NCBI RefSeq assembly: GCF_009914755.1
Contig: NC_060937.1
Length of the DNA: 64,000 nucleotides
Source of the DNA: the human T2T-CHM13v2.0 reference genome, Homo sapiens
Strand: one strand, 5' to 3'
How positions within the stretch are numbered: the first letter of the stretch is position 1; the number at the start of each line of letters is the position of its first letter. Shown piece by piece: positions 32,015 through 47,174 of the stretch. Below the pieces are notes generated by a model. That model made no database searches, had not been told where the DNA came from, and saw nothing but the letters and a program-made list of their open reading frames with translations. Made by a program: the position numbers and the translations under genes.

Positions 32015-32800
32015 TCTGTTTACTCATTTAAGCAACAATTAGTGTGGACCAACTATGTGCTGGGGCCTACTCTTGACACCTAAAATATACAATCGATTTC
32101 ACAATGAGAGATCCATACTTTCATTGAGCTTACATTCTTGTGTGGAGCTAATCAATTAAAAGAAGTATTTCAAACAGAATTATCTAATAAAATAAATACA
32201 AAGAAAAAAGTTACAGCTAATAAGAAGAATTGGGAGGGCCAAATAGGGGCTACAGGAGTAAGTTTTCAGTATTGAACGTAATGGCCATGGAAGTTTCTTA
32301 AGAAAGTGCATTTTAACAGAAATTAAAATGTTAAATTTGGACTTGAGCAGAGTAGTGACATGATCTGACTTGTTTCTAGGAGACCATTGTGTTTTTCATG
32401 TTGGTAAAAAAACTTCCAGGAAGCAAAAGTAAAAGTAGGAAGATCAGTCAGGAAATTATGCTGGTGATGCAGGGGAGAGGAAATATGTTTTGAATGACAT
32501 TTGAAGAGGTGGAGGTAGTTAGGATAGAATAAATTGGGACATAAGTTTTGTTAGAAAAGTATTTAGCCAAAGTAACTGGAAGGAAAAAAATCACTTTAAT
32601 GAAATGAGGTGTCATCAGATATAGTTTTTTTTTTTTTAATCTCTGAGACTAAATGAAATCACCTCAGAGTGAATGGAATTAGAGAAGCAAAGAAGACCAA
32701 GAACTGAGCTGTGGGGATACTAAAAAATAAAAGAAGAGTAGAAATTCATATAGTAGAGTAAGACAGCTGTCAGAAAATAGTAAATCAAGGAAAATATGTG
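32015..32800 (-). mobile_element. L2 LINE 3' region
   Basis: Antisense L2 end (tcatttaagcaacaatt...ctatgtgctgg) and gagcagagtagtgacatgatctgactt. Confidence 0.7.
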
Positions 32801-32822
32801 TCACATACTTTACAAATGGAAT

Positions 32823-33315
32823 TGAAACCTGCCCAGTTGTCCCATAGAACTGATGTTTATGGTTTCTTTTGAATAAACATAGAAATGGATTGTCCCAGTC
32901 ATAAAACTTGAGAAAGTTTCATTTGTCTTATCTGAGTTCCTTTACTCAGGAAACCAACCATCAGGCCTCCCAGATAATATCAAGAAACCGAAACATACCA
33001 GATTGTTGCATCTGGACAACAAGATGCCAAACTCCTCACCCATCATGATTACTGTCCATATGCTTCCTGTTGGCCAACTCCTCTTCTTCACTCTTCCCTA
33101 ATTCCTGTTTTTCCACACAAAATTACATTTTTCCCCAGCTATATAAACCCCTAATTTTAGTCAGTTGAGGAGATGGATTTTGACTGATTTCCCATCTTTT
33201 TGCCTTCAGTACACAAATAGAGCCCTCTTTCTTGGCAATACTCATTGTCTCAGTAATTGGCTTTCTTTGCAGTGAACAGCAAGACCTAGACCGAACCCCT
33301 GGTGCTTTGGTAAGA
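32823..33315 (+). mobile_element. LOR1-type ERV1 5' LTR
   Basis: Starts tgaaacctgcccagttgtcccatagaactgatg. TATA-like ctatataaacc at ~33139. Ends gaacccctggtgctttggtaaga. Confidence 0.8.
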
Positions 33316-33317
33316 TT

Positions 33318-33335
33318 TGGGTCCCTGACCAGGAA
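33318..33335 (+). promoter_or_regulatory. Retroviral primer-binding site, tRNA-Glu type; internal leader continues to ~33600
   Basis: tgggtccctgaccaggaa is 16/18 identical to TGGTTCCCTGACCGGGAA, the complement of the tRNA-Glu 3' end, and lies right after the LTR. Confidence 0.8.
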
Positions 33336-34219
33336 CGCTTTGCTCATGGCTTGGCTGCTATAGGTAGGGAGAGTTTCAGAAGTCCTCCTAAGCAACTGTC
33401 TGACTTTTTCTTTGGCCATTGGTGGGGTTCGGTCTCTTGCCGGCCCCATTGCCGTTGGCCCCAACTGCTTTTCTCATTCCTAAAAAGAACAGCCTTTGAA
33501 ATTTATCATTTGCATCCAGATGAGTAAGTGACTTTTATGGGTATCAGACAATAGGATTTGCTCCTGTCGATCTGGGTAATTCAGAAGGAATTTCAATAGA
33601 ACAAAGCAATCACTACAACAATAACAACAAAAAATGATTTAATTACATGGGAAATTATTTGGTCAATAAGCAGCTGAAAATGTAATCAACATCATTATTA
33701 AATAGACTTACAAATTTAAAACAAGAAGATAAATATGTCTCTACTCATTTGGCAGAAATTTTGAAGTCTAAAAAGTTCATGCATTCATGAGGATATCACA
33801 TAATTGACATAGTAATAAAATATTAGTTCAAATTAAAGTTAGTAAATGATTTTTGAGAAAAAAATTTAGGTCATAATAACATTTAAATAAATGGATTATA
33901 AATTATGACCTAGCAATTGTACTTCTAGTTAAAAATATATATAAGAGAGGAAGAATATTCATGTCAGCACTTATTTCTAATTTCATTAGAGACAAGATTT
34001 TCAAAAGACAAAAAAATAGGTGGTGGAATATTCATATAACACTATACAGAAATGAAAATGAGCAATTTATCTCTCTGCATAATATGGATGGATCTCACAA
34101 AATAGCACTGTGCCAAATTGTTTCAAATTAATACATAGAGCATAATATATTTATGTAAAATAAGGATAAGCAACAAGATAATGAAAGACAAAATTTGGAA
34201 TGATGTCTACCCTTGGGAG

Positions 34220-34372
34220 AGAGAAGAACTATTGGGTACTATGCCCACTACCAGTGTGATGGGATTGACTATAATCAAATCTCAGTGTCACTCAATATAT
34301 CCTTGAAACAAAATTGCAAATGTACTTCCTAAATCTAAAATACAAGTAAAAATTTAAAAAATAACAAAAAAG
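34220..34372 (+). mobile_element. L1PA16/17-L1PB type 3' end fragment
   Basis: actattgggtactatgcccactac...aaatctaaaatacaagt followed by an A-rich tail. Confidence 0.7.
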
Positions 34373-35899
34373 GAGGCATAGCAATATGATGTGTGCTTGT
34401 GGTTGTATGTGTCTTTCTGTGTGTATTTGTTTCCTCAAGCAATATTCATCAGCTCAATCCAGGCACAGAATCAGAGAGGAAAAAAAAAAGAAAAACTAAC
34501 TAGGTTTGGAGTTTTGACAGAGTATGAGAGAGGAAGAAGGAAGAAGAGAGTATTATTCAAATGGAATGCAAAAGGTAACTGTAGTGAGCCATGAAATATA
34601 AGGTTAATAAGAAAGAAGAGAGTAAGCAAATGAATACTCAAAGAACAATGCACTGAAATACACAATTTCTAAGAAATGTGTTGGAATTGGAGTGCAAGAG
34701 AAACTGAGATGAAACTGTGTGGTTCCCAGATAGTGGAATGCAAAACTACTAGAACTGATAAAGGATACGGACAATAACATCATAGTAGGGTAATCAAGTA
34801 TTGCACCAGGGGTTGAAAGGAGTGTATTGTACAGTACAATATGGCTTCTATCTATAAAGAGGAGTGAGTTATAAGATCAAACAAAGAAGGAGTTCTGATT
34901 TGGAAATGAGAATTTGTTACAGGTATTTTTATTTTCCTTTATTTTGTATGCAGAAAAAGAAGGAGACATATAAAATTATGATAGGTCAACAAGACTACAT
35001 ATGCTCTAGCATTCTGTCTGTCCACATATTTTCCTATAAATCCAACCATTAATCAGAAGAAATATATGGCTAATTAACACCTCAAGCATAATCCATTGCA
35101 TAAAAAATCAGCCCATGTTATAAATACCATTTTTTCCCAAAAAAGAGTATTTGATCTGTGTATGCGACAACCTAAAAGTTTAATGTTATCTACATCTGGT
35201 CTTATTTAGATCAAGAATTTTAAAAACTGTTATTAACTCTCTCAATAATTAATTGTATTGCTACAATCATATAAATTTTGAAAGATAATCTTTGTGGATG
35301 CAAGCAAGTAAAAATAAAAAATTTCATATTTCTTTGAATGATTAATTATACAAATGTATTGTAATACAAAGATAATTTATTTTAGTCAAACATACCAGAA
35401 AACAAGCATATGGTGACTATAAAATGTATTTCAGTTTACTGATAAATATACTTATTGTTTTATTATTAACAATATTTTATTGAGGCTAATGCACTATTTT
35501 AATCATTGCCATGACAATCACCAAACAATCTCTTTATTTTTTTAATCTGTAGCCTGCAACAAAATTTTATTTACTGAAAGACACCTATTGAATAGCAAAT
35601 ATAGAAAAAACGCTTTAGCAAAGATTTAGATCGTTATTCTAAAACACTTGTAACCCAGTTTTTAGGGCAACATGGTGACATTCTTTATTATTATATTACT
35701 CTTATTAGATTAAGCTTTGATAAATAAGTTTTTGAGAAGATGTAATGATTAATAATGAGTATGGTACATTTCATATGTAAAATAAAAATTTGCAAGTATA
35801 AATATACACAAACAAGTTTCAAATTACAAGTTAAAACTGACTATCAAATGATATATGTGTCACAATTCTATTCCTGTTTTAGGAACAAAGATATCCAAA

Positions 35900-38000
35900 C
35901 TGGTAGAGTTTAAAGTTATACTCATAAAATTCAACAGTTCTGTAAGTGGTTATTGGGTGTAATAATGAAGGAAGTCACATCTACTTCCACACTTTGATGC
36001 ATTTTTGCAATGGTAACAACAGCAACGTACTTGGTTGTATTCTGTAAGAAAGAACCCCACCGTTTCGGCATGTAATCTCCCAACTTTTATCATCATCGAG
36101 TCTTCAGTAGGCCAATTCAGTTATGTTAGCCAGATACTTCTGGTTAACAGGGAATGTGCATAGAATTCCCTATCATGATGACATGATGATAACAACTTAG
36201 GAATCCTTTAATTTCATGGATTGTACTGAAAACAAAGCACTAAAAGTAGAGAAGGCATACATATATCCAGAATACATGTCTATTCTAGTGAGAAAAAGTC
36301 AATGCCCATTCCATGATGGAACTGTTCCAACATAATCAAGCTTACTTACACATGGTAGCTGCCTAGATCATCTGAGCAATGTCAACAAATTGGAGGGTCA
36401 GCTGCTGGCAGGATAGGCATTTAGCAGGTCAGCCTTTGTGCAAGGAAGTTCATGTTGTTGATCCCATAGACAACCTCTGTCTATCCTGCCATCACAGTTA
36501 TTTGTACATGTTCCCACTGAGGAAGCACTGAGGTGATTGGGAAAAGAAGCTAACCGATATCAGTAGGAAATTTCTTCTCATTCACCTCATTATTAGAGCA
36601 TTTTCTACATTGGAAGCCATTTGGTGAACATTCACCTGAAACACAAATATCTTCACAGTCTTTGCCCAGTTAGAGAGATGCCTAAACATATCGTTTTACC
36701 AGAGCTTTTGTGTTACCAGTTTTTCAGTCCTATTCATTCCATTTAGCCAAAACCTTAGTAGCTCACCTGAATTGATGTTGCTCTGTGCTGTAGGCCATAT
36801 GTAGGACCAGAGAAATTGGACAACCACATTTACTGCTTCAAGAATTTGCATTCACCGCTAACCTTTGGTGATAACCATCCATTCCTGCTTGATCCTAGCC
36901 TATCCTGTAGAATTGTTTATAAACCAATGTGTTTTTTCCTCCTAATAAACTGTTTACAAGAAACCAGTTTTCTTGAAGTCATAGGTGTAGATAGAGGGAG
37001 CGAAGGCAATGCAGCAGGACTAAGTGTTGAGGAAGCTTGAAGCACTTACTACAAGTGTGCCTAAACCCTTTCATATCATTTCTAGTTGATGATAGGTCAT
37101 TGCTGTACATTCCTATTCTCGTGACATTTTGTGTCAGATAATATCCAGTCATTTTATGTCCCACAGTTCCGTATTCAGACTTTACCTGATTCTAGGAGCA
37201 AGACTGGCTTCATTAAAGCCAGTTTCTCAAAAATAAAATAATTACTGGCAAATGAGCACACAGATAGACATCAGAAACCTAAAAGTCAATGCTGTGATTT
37301 TGCCACTGAAAAGCATCTCTTGCTTTATACAGTATCCTTACTGACCACAGATTCTTTAAGTACCATGAGGTCTGCTGGTTTATAACAACAAAATGGAACA
37401 ACACAGTACGGTTTAGCCTGGTTTGGTTGTAGAGATTTCTCTCATCCTCCTCCCCATTCAAAACTGGAATCCTTATGATTACACAATACATGCTTTTCTC
37501 AAATGTGGACCACATTACCCATATATTCAAAAAGCCCTACTGGGTGCTGGGCCTGGTGACTCACGCCTAGCACTTTTGGAGGCCGAGGTGGGTGGATCAC
37601 GAGGTCAGGAGTTCAAGACCAGCCTGGCAAAGATGGTGAAACCCCACATCTCTATTAAAAATACACAAATTACACAAATTAGCCTGGCATGGTGGCGGGC
37701 GCCTGTAATCCCAGCTACTTGGGAGGCTGAGGCAGAGAATTGCTTGAACCTGGGAAGCGGAGGTTGCAGTGAGCTGAGACTGCGCCACTGTGCTCCAGCC
37801 TGGGCGATAGAGTGAGACTCCATCTCCAAAAAAAAAAAAAAAAAAAGCCCTGCTGGTTATGTCATTTTGTTAGTGCTAGATGACACGAGGCAAATTAACT
37901 TGGTTTTACCTTGGAGGAAGATATAGTAACATTTTAAAAAATACTGACCTTAACAGTCTTTCACCAAGGTCTATTCTCAGTTTTTGAATTTGGGTGTGAT
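35900..38000 (-). mobile_element. ERVL-class pol relic (RT C-terminus, RNase H, integrase)
   Basis: Minus strand 36340-36245 translates LDYVGTVPSWNGH*LFLTRIDMYSGYMYAF (compare ERVL IN VDYIGPLPSWKG..FVLTGIDTYSGYGFA). VKIFVFQVNVHQ near 36640 resembles RNase H VKIFVSHVNAHQ. Confidence 0.8.
37544..37841 (+). mobile_element. AluSg-like SINE inserted in ERVL pol
   Basis: TSD aaaaagccct[a/g]ctgg at 37529-37543 and 37842-37856. Duplicated linker tacacaaattacacaaatt. Confidence 0.95.
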
Positions 38001-38479
38001 TTATGTGTAATTATTAGGTATATATGTGTTTGTGCATTTTTTGTCTCATTCTGGAATGCTTCATTTGACAAGCTCTTTTATTCTTGACTATCAAAGACTA
38101 CAGTAGAATTTCTGGTTGAGTATATCCCATTTTATTTTAATATTCTTGTAAGGCATTCAGTGGAACTTTTGAAACTAGAGCTTGTTTACAAATTTAGGGA
38201 AATCATAATTGTATACATATATTTAGAAAAATTATATATAGGGAAATGATATATAGGTATACATATATGTACACCTATATGCATCTCTCAGGTCTACCTC
38301 AATTTTATTCTCTCATACATTTGCTATCTTTATATTTTTGTCATATATCCTAGATAATACTTAAATTATATCTTTAAGAACACTGCTTCACTTTTCAACT
38401 GTGGTAGTGTATGATTTAACAATTTTGCTGAAATTAATATTTTGATTTTTCTTATTTCTAAAACTTTTATCATGTTTGC

Positions 38480-39500
<1,021 letters not shown>

Positions 39501-39509
39501 CACTGTTCT

Positions 39510-39648
39510 GTTTTTTAATTTATTATTATTATTTTTTAGGTTTGTGGTTACATGTGAAAGTTTGATACATGGGTAAACTCCTGTCATGGGGTTTGTTATA
39601 CAGATTATTTCATCACCCAGGTATTAAGGTCCACAGCAAATAGTTACG
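39510..39648 (-). mobile_element. Old L1PA 3' end fragment
   Basis: tacatgggtaaactcctgtcatgggg...cagattatttcatcacccaggtattaag. Confidence 0.8.
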
Positions 39649-40891
39649 GTGACACTAATTATCAGAAGTTTTTAAAGTTTGTATAATCAAGAGAGGAAAG
39701 TACAAAAGAGAGTAGCTAACAACTGAACTTACCCCTATTTACATGCATATTCTTTGTTTGGCTGAGTAGTCACAATTGATTTTAATGTATAAAATAGTAA
39801 TTTAACATGTATGCTATATATATGTGTGTATGTAATAACAAGAGACAGCTACATAAATATACGTACACATATTCTGACAAATGTCATAGCACACATGAAT
39901 GTTAACCCTTATTGCTACGACTACCGAAAATTTAGAAGAGCCATTGATTTGGACATTTGTTCTACTTCTACTCATTTATTCTAATGAAAAAAATCTAGAA
40001 AATGTGTAACTTCCAAGAATATATGTGTACCTGCTGGCAAAGACTAATGATCTGATCCAATGGGCATTGCATCAGCTGTATAATGAATTCAGTATTATTT
40101 AAACCACCATCATTTACTATGAAAAATTATATGAATCATATATTAATATGATAATAAAAGGTTTTATATAAAAGATAAAACCAAAAATTACTAAATGCAT
40201 ACTGAATTAATTTATCAATCAGCAGGCTGGTAAATATACAGATCAACAGAACATTTGAATAGTTAATATCTAATGCTGCTAAGTAAAAACAAGTCCAAAT
40301 ATGGGATCCAGTGTTTTAATGTCATAATAAAAAATGTAATTTAAAATAGTACATATATTTATACTTATATCTAAATCTGCATCTACATATGTGCATGTGC
40401 ACACATATGTATATCTTTATGTACATATACACTGTAAAACATTAGAATATGTAATATATATAATAATATTACAATTCCTATTTGAAATAAAATGAAAACA
40501 AAATGGAGGTATAACACTTGTTTATGGTTGGTTTCTGCAGAATATTGGGACGAGGTTAAAGCTCAGTTGTAAATTCCTGTATTCCACCTGAATACCTCAG
40601 ATAGGGATCTATGTATTTGAAAATATTCCATGATGCAGTATTCACGGGGAAGTTCTATCTTGGGCAACACATTTTTTAAAAAGGCTTTTTCTCACTATAT
40701 TTTTTAAATTATTTTTTTTCTTTTTAATTGATTAAGTTTTACTACCTTCATGTGAAATCTCTTCAGCTTTCATTAACATTTTTTTCTCAAGTATTAATGA
40801 AATATGACCCACTAATTCACATTTAATTTCCTAGGTGCTACACTAAAGTTGTTGTTTGTGGTCAGTATAGTTTATTATAATTAATTAGAAA

Positions 40892-41148
40892 CTTTTTTAA
40901 CTTTTATATTAGGTTTGTGGGTACATGGAAAGGTTTGTAACATAGGTAAACACGTGTCATGGGTGTTTGTTGTACAGATTATTTCATCACCCAGGTATTA
41001 AGCCCAGTACCCTATAGTTATCTTTTCTCCTCCTCTCCCTCTCCCACCCTCCACCCTCAAGTAGACCCCCATGTCTGTTGTTTCCTTCTTTGTGTTAATA
41101 AGTTCTTATCATTTAGCTCCCACGTATAAGTGAGAACATGTGGTATTT
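40892..41148 (-). mobile_element. Old L1PA 3' end fragment
   Basis: ttttaacttttatattaggtttgtgggtacatg...tttagctcccacgtataagtgagaacatgtggtattt. Confidence 0.85.
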
Positions 41149-42795
41149 TTTTTAATTTTGGTATTTTCTATAAATTTATTCAGTAGAATGTTTGAGGGTT
41201 TGATAAGTAATGCAAACCAAATGTGTCTAGACAGAATTTATTTGCATAGGGAATAATACGTTTCAGATAAGTGAAAAGGTCAGTGTTAAGTGCTGGTGGT
41301 TGCTGGGCACCTCAAGGTCAGAAGTCAGATGTAGTTCTTAGAAAGAGAATATAGAGACATATTTTAGGATTATGTTAATTCTCTCATTCTTCATTAAAGC
41401 TGTTGTTAAATTGGTGGCTTTCTTTTTCATTTTTTTAATAAAAAACCATGCTGTACACTCATTATCTGTGTAATTTTCCATTAACTGGAAATTTATACAA
41501 TAATTTCCAGTGTACATAATATGTTTGTTTAATTTTCTAATATTGTACCTCCTTTAGAAATATCATTGAAGCATATGAATCTTAAATCCAAAACTAAAAA
41601 CTGACTCAATGTTACTCAGTCGATTGTATCCACTTTCCTGACCGGATTGTTTAATGAGATGTAATTTCTTCTTGCTATGTTGACCTGGATAAAGTGGATG
41701 GGCAGGCATTGCATGTGATATTACAAAGAACAGGACAGATGGAAGAATAACTTTAAGGGATTCCAATACTAGAAGGTATGTATAACAAATAATTAGAAGG
41801 CATACATGACAAATATACAATTATTAGCTGGTGACACTATCTAAATAACATTAAAGTTATTTCCAAATATAATCATAAATATAATATATTTTACAGACTT
41901 ATAAAAGTCTTGATTAAATTACAGAAATCACTAGTTTCATTCAAGCAACTAAAATACCTTTTGAGGCAGGTGGGTAGAAGAAAAAAATAAGAAAAAAATA
42001 AATTATAAACAAATCAAACAACACACCTGCCTCTTTCACAAGAATGTTCTAAGTTTTAGATGAGAAGATATGCAAGAAACTTATTTCATCTTTTCACTCA
42101 ACAACATTCTGTCATTCAACAATAGTTTACTAATGTGCTCTAGTGCCAAGTATATAATTTCAAAGAAGACAAGAAATATCTTGGTTTTCAAGTAAATTAT
42201 ACACAGGCAGGGGGAAATTAATATAAACAAGCAAATAAAAATAAAATACAATGATTATACAAAATCATAAATAATCTGAAGGAATAAACACAATGGTGTG
42301 ATTGCCCACAGCTATGTGAAGTAGGGTAATTTAATTTAGACTAGACAGTCAATAAAGATCTAATTGAACATATGATATTTGAGCTGACACCTGAAGAATG
42401 AGAAGGAGCCAACCACTCATCCAAAAGAATAACTTTTAATACAGAGAAATAGCACTAGCAGGCCAGAACTACGAGCATTTCATCAAGAAAAAAATAAAAT
42501 TTCAGGAAAGTGGAAGCGAGTAAGGAGATCATTAGAAAGAAATAATTCTGCAGAGCTAGTTAGAAACCATCACAGGGTAGAAAATTGGCTGTGATTTGCT
42601 TTGTGGTATGCTATACAAATACAAAGTCATTAAAATGTTAAGCTGAGTTTGTTGCTACCTAATTCAAAAGACTCTGAGTATTGCATAAAATATTTAGAAT
42701 ATTAATTATTACCAGATAAAAGTCAAGAAGAGTCTACTAATTAGGTGGGTACTGAATTTGAATTAGAAAAATGCATCATCAATACAGACAAAAAT

Positions 42796-43213
42796 AGGTG
42801 CCCAGCAATGGTGGATTGGATAAAATATGGTACATATACATGATTAAATACTATGCAGCCATAAAACAGAATGAAATCATGTCTTTTGTGGCAGGAGGGA
42901 TGCATCTGGAGGCCATTCATTGTCAAATGAAAATGCAGGGACAGGAAACCAAATACCACATGTTCTCACTTATACCTGGGAACTGAACATGGGGTACTCA
43001 TGGACATAAAGATGGCAATAATGGCAAGACACTGGGAACTTGCTTGAAATAAACAGGGGAAATGGTGGAAAAACTAACTTTTGGGTATTATGCCTACTAT
43101 ATGGGTGATGGAATCATTTGTATCCAAAATCTCAGCATCACACAATATACCCATGTAACAAACCTGAACATGTATCCCCAAAATCTAAAATAAAAGTTGA
43201 ATTTAAAAAAAAA
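42796..43213 (+). mobile_element. L1PA16/17-like 3' fragment
   Basis: ORF2 C-terminal KIWYIY...YYAAIKQNEIMSF (ORF 42798) plus 3' UTR and A-tail. Confidence 0.85.
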
Positions 43214-43224
43214 TTAAAATATTT

Positions 43225-43523
43225 AGCTGAGTGCAGCGGCTCACACCTATATTCCCAGCACTTTGGGTGGCTGACAAGGGCAGATCATGAGGTCAGGAGT
43301 TCAAGACCAGCCTGACTAGCATGGCAAAAAACGATGTCTCTACTAAAAATACAAAAATTAGCCGGGTGTGGTGGCGTGCACCTGTAATCCCAGCTACTCA
43401 GGAGGCTGAGGCAAGAGAATCGCTTGAACCCAGGTGACGGAGGTTGCAGTGTGCCGAGACCACCCCAGCTGGGAGACAAGAGCGAGATTCTGTCTCAAAA
43501 ATAAAAATAAAAATAAAATAAAA
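43225..43523 (+). mobile_element. AluS SINE with (TAAAA)n tail
   Basis: Alu dimer with TSD taaaatattt. Confidence 0.93.
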
Positions 43524-43759
43524 TAAAATATTTTGGATTTAGAACTTTGATGGTTTATTGATGGTTTGGATATTTGACATAAGGAACATAAGACAGTTTC
43601 CACTTTTTGACTGATGCAGTTGTTGGATGCTATTTACATTATTGAAATTTATATGGAAAGGAACTGGTTTGGTATAGTAAAAATCTAGTGACATATCAAT
43701 TCAGAGATAGATATCTCTTAGAAATCAAAGTGAAAATTGCAACCTTCACATTTTATATC

Positions 43760-43960
43760 TCTTTTTGCACTTTGGTTTTCACCTTAGCAGTAATCATCAA
43801 CTGATTTTTAACACATTGATCTAACTATGTTCCAGCTTCTTTAGCAGAATGAAAGCTTCATGGGGCTAGTTAATTTGTCTATTCTGTTTAATGCTTTAAT
43901 GTTATATCCTGATGATATAGAACAGAATAAGTGTTACAATATATGTATTAAATGAATGAA
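43760..43960 (+). mobile_element. L2 3' end
   Basis: gaatgaaagcttcatgggg...aaatgaatgaa terminal repeat. Confidence 0.7.
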
Positions 43961-44100
43961 TATATATATATAATGAATCTAAATATATATGTAAATATAT
44001 ATAATGAATCTAAAAATATATAAATATATATAATAAATCTAAATATATATATAATGAATCTAAATATATATATAATGAATCTAAATATATATATATATAA
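43959..44100. repeat. AT-rich minisatellite, unit ~(ATATATATAATGAATCTAA)
   Basis: Five copies of taat[g/a]aatctaaa separated by (TA)n. Confidence 0.9.
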
Positions 44101-44101
44101 A

Positions 44102-44401
<300 letters not shown>

Positions 44402-44647
44402 TGAATGTAATTTTATGTAGATATTTTATTGTACGAGTCCATAGCACAGGGAAGAGTTTGAGGCTCTGGAAACAATTTTGAAGCTTATCAGCATAGATCC
44501 TACATGCTATGGGTTTGGATACAGTGACCTCTGCAGAGAAATTCGGACACAGATTTAAAGTGTTATCAAACCAAATCCATTCCTGAAGTTTCCCAGACTT
44601 TAATAGGTGGAAGGATTAGCAAGGAGACCAAGAGAAAAAATACAGAG

Positions 44648-44712
44648 GAAGAAAAAACAAACAAACGAAAAAACAAACGAAAAAACAAACAAACAAAAAA
44701 ACAGAAAAACAA
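44648..44712. repeat. (AAAC)n-like low-complexity repeat
   Basis: Directly visible. Confidence 0.8.
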
Positions 44713-45482
44713 AGATAAGTGAAGAGAGAAACCAAACCCTGAAGATGCATGAAAACAAAGACAAATTATTCAAGTGAGACAGAATGGTAGAATATATTCA
44801 AATGTGCCGCTAAGCCAGTAAAATGATATCACAAAGTGCCCACTGGATTTGGACAAGTTGTGATCATTGATGAACTGGATAAGTGTAAGGTCAATAAAGG
44901 GGAATGAAGTAGATGGACAAGTGAATGGAAAGAGGCATAATTTCTGATATTATGGCTGAAAATGAATCTAGATTTATGAAACTCCTAAAATATTTGATTA
45001 TTGATATCTATATATCTATCATCTATCTATCGATTTTAATTCATTCATGAGCTAATAAGGTTGTAAGGATATATCATGCCAAATGAAGTAAAGTAAAGCA
45101 GTTATCAGCACTGCTTTTCCCCTGAGAAATTTGTTATATAAGAAAAATGTAAACACTGGTTTTCATAGATTCAAATTTTGTGGAAGTGGAGACAACACTT
45201 TATGCCAGTACACATGGCAAGTTTAGTAAGATTCTTGCTCATATTATTACAATTCCTAAGGGATACAGCCTTGTCTTAAAGAACCGCAAAAATTAAAAAA
45301 AAAGTCAATTTGGCATTTTGTAAAGTGGAGCAGTTTATTCCTAGATAAATTTTAAAGCCAAGCTGACATTCATAGGTCTTTATATACATAATTTGCCTTA
45401 CTTGGATGTTCGAAAACATCAGCAGATGAAAATATTGAAAGTGATCTGGCACAGTACACACTATTCCAGTGACATGTTCTCT

Positions 45483-45565
45483 TAAAGCCCAGACCTCATC
45501 ACTATACAATTCAACTATGTAACCACAAACAATTTGTACCTATAAAGCTATTGAAATTAGAAAAT
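45483..45565 (+). mobile_element. L1MA-type extreme 3' end
   Basis: aaagcccagacctcatcactatacaattc...aaagctattgaaatt. Confidence 0.65.
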
Positions 45566-46849
45566 GAATAAATAAACAAATAATAAATAAAATGAAAATA
45601 TTTAAAGTGATAATAGCCAAGTAAGAAATAGTTTTTAGAGGAATATTGCTTTACACTATTCCTCAGAGTAAACACACAAATATTTTCAAAATAGCATAAA
45701 CAGCTTAAAGAAAAATAAGTAAATAAGCACAAAAAGAAACAAGGCATGATTTGTGAAAATCAGCAGAAAATGTAGGGAAAAACTGTTCTGCTTGATTTGA
45801 CATTGGGTATAGTATAAAATAACTATTCCTACAAAGTTTAAATTTAAAAATACAATATAGAATATCTAGAGGAATGAGGAAATTATTGAAATAAGCAGAT
45901 TTTAAAAAGAGCATATAATTTTTTTTAGAAATTAAGAATATAATTATAGAAAAATAAACCCTAATAAAGTACACTCACTTCTGACTGAGGTAAAAATGGC
46001 AGCTGGCTATTCTTTTCTTGCACCAATCAAAGGAAGGAAAAAAACTGAGATACATAAAAATATATAGTTTTTAAAGAAGTAAGAATACTTTGTAAGAAAA
46101 TCAGATTTAATAAACTGAAATTACAGAGGGACAGCCTTTACAAGGTAAGCAGTTTATCACTGGTATTTCTTCAGAGGCTGTATTTGCTGATTCTGGGCAT
46201 GGGCTGATTGAACTTCGCCTATAAATAGGTAGCCTGCTGAGGAAAGAAAATCTAGCAAAGATTTGCATGTTTGCAGAGCTCTGCAACAATAATTTTGAAA
46301 GTTCTGGAGTCAAAAATGCCTGATTGATTTTATTCCATGGTTCATTAGCTAATTTTTTTTTTCTAAATAGGAGGTGAAGAGTTTCTGGAAGGAAAATATC
46401 ATTTCTTATAGTCTTGGAATATTTGGAAGAAATAGTCTGATCTAAAGAGAGGAGCCTCTCTCAAACCCAAATGCTGTTTTCTATCTAAGACATTTGCTGT
46501 GACTGGATATTGCATGGGGAAGGAAGACAAACTGCAAAACTTGAAACTTCCAAATAACAAACTCCCACAGTTCTCCATTTGAGAAGACAGAAAACAGTCA
46601 GATCCTCAAATACAAATCTGTTAGGACTGTTAGGAGTATGCACATAGAACAGAAACAACCAAAGGAGAAGTGATTCTTTCAAAAATTGCAAAAGTTTCCA
46701 GACCCGACTAGATCCCTGACTGAATTGAGGTGATCAACCACTCTCTGTCTCCCGGTGGAAAATAAAAATGATCCTCTAAAAGGTATCACTTAGAACTCCT
46801 TCTTTTCCTTTCTGTATCTTGCCTAGAATACTATTAAAAAATTAAATGT

Positions 46850-47168
<319 letters not shown>

Positions 47169-47174
47169 ACATGT

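Larger units (their letters stand above)
42100..43740 (-). mobile_element. L2 relic interrupted by an L1 fragment and an Alu
   Basis: tcattcaacaatagtttactaatgtgc, tgatatttgagctgacacctgaagaatgagaaggagcc. Confidence 0.7.

Noticed and set aside
33123-33464. 113-aa minus-strand ORF
   Set aside because: It is antisense to the LOR1 LTR/leader and shows no recognisable domain.
37423-37815. Longest ORFs (130 aa here, 129 aa at 54929, 105-113 aa at 23296/23402)
   Set aside because: These are typical Alu-derived pseudo-ORFs with no gene context.
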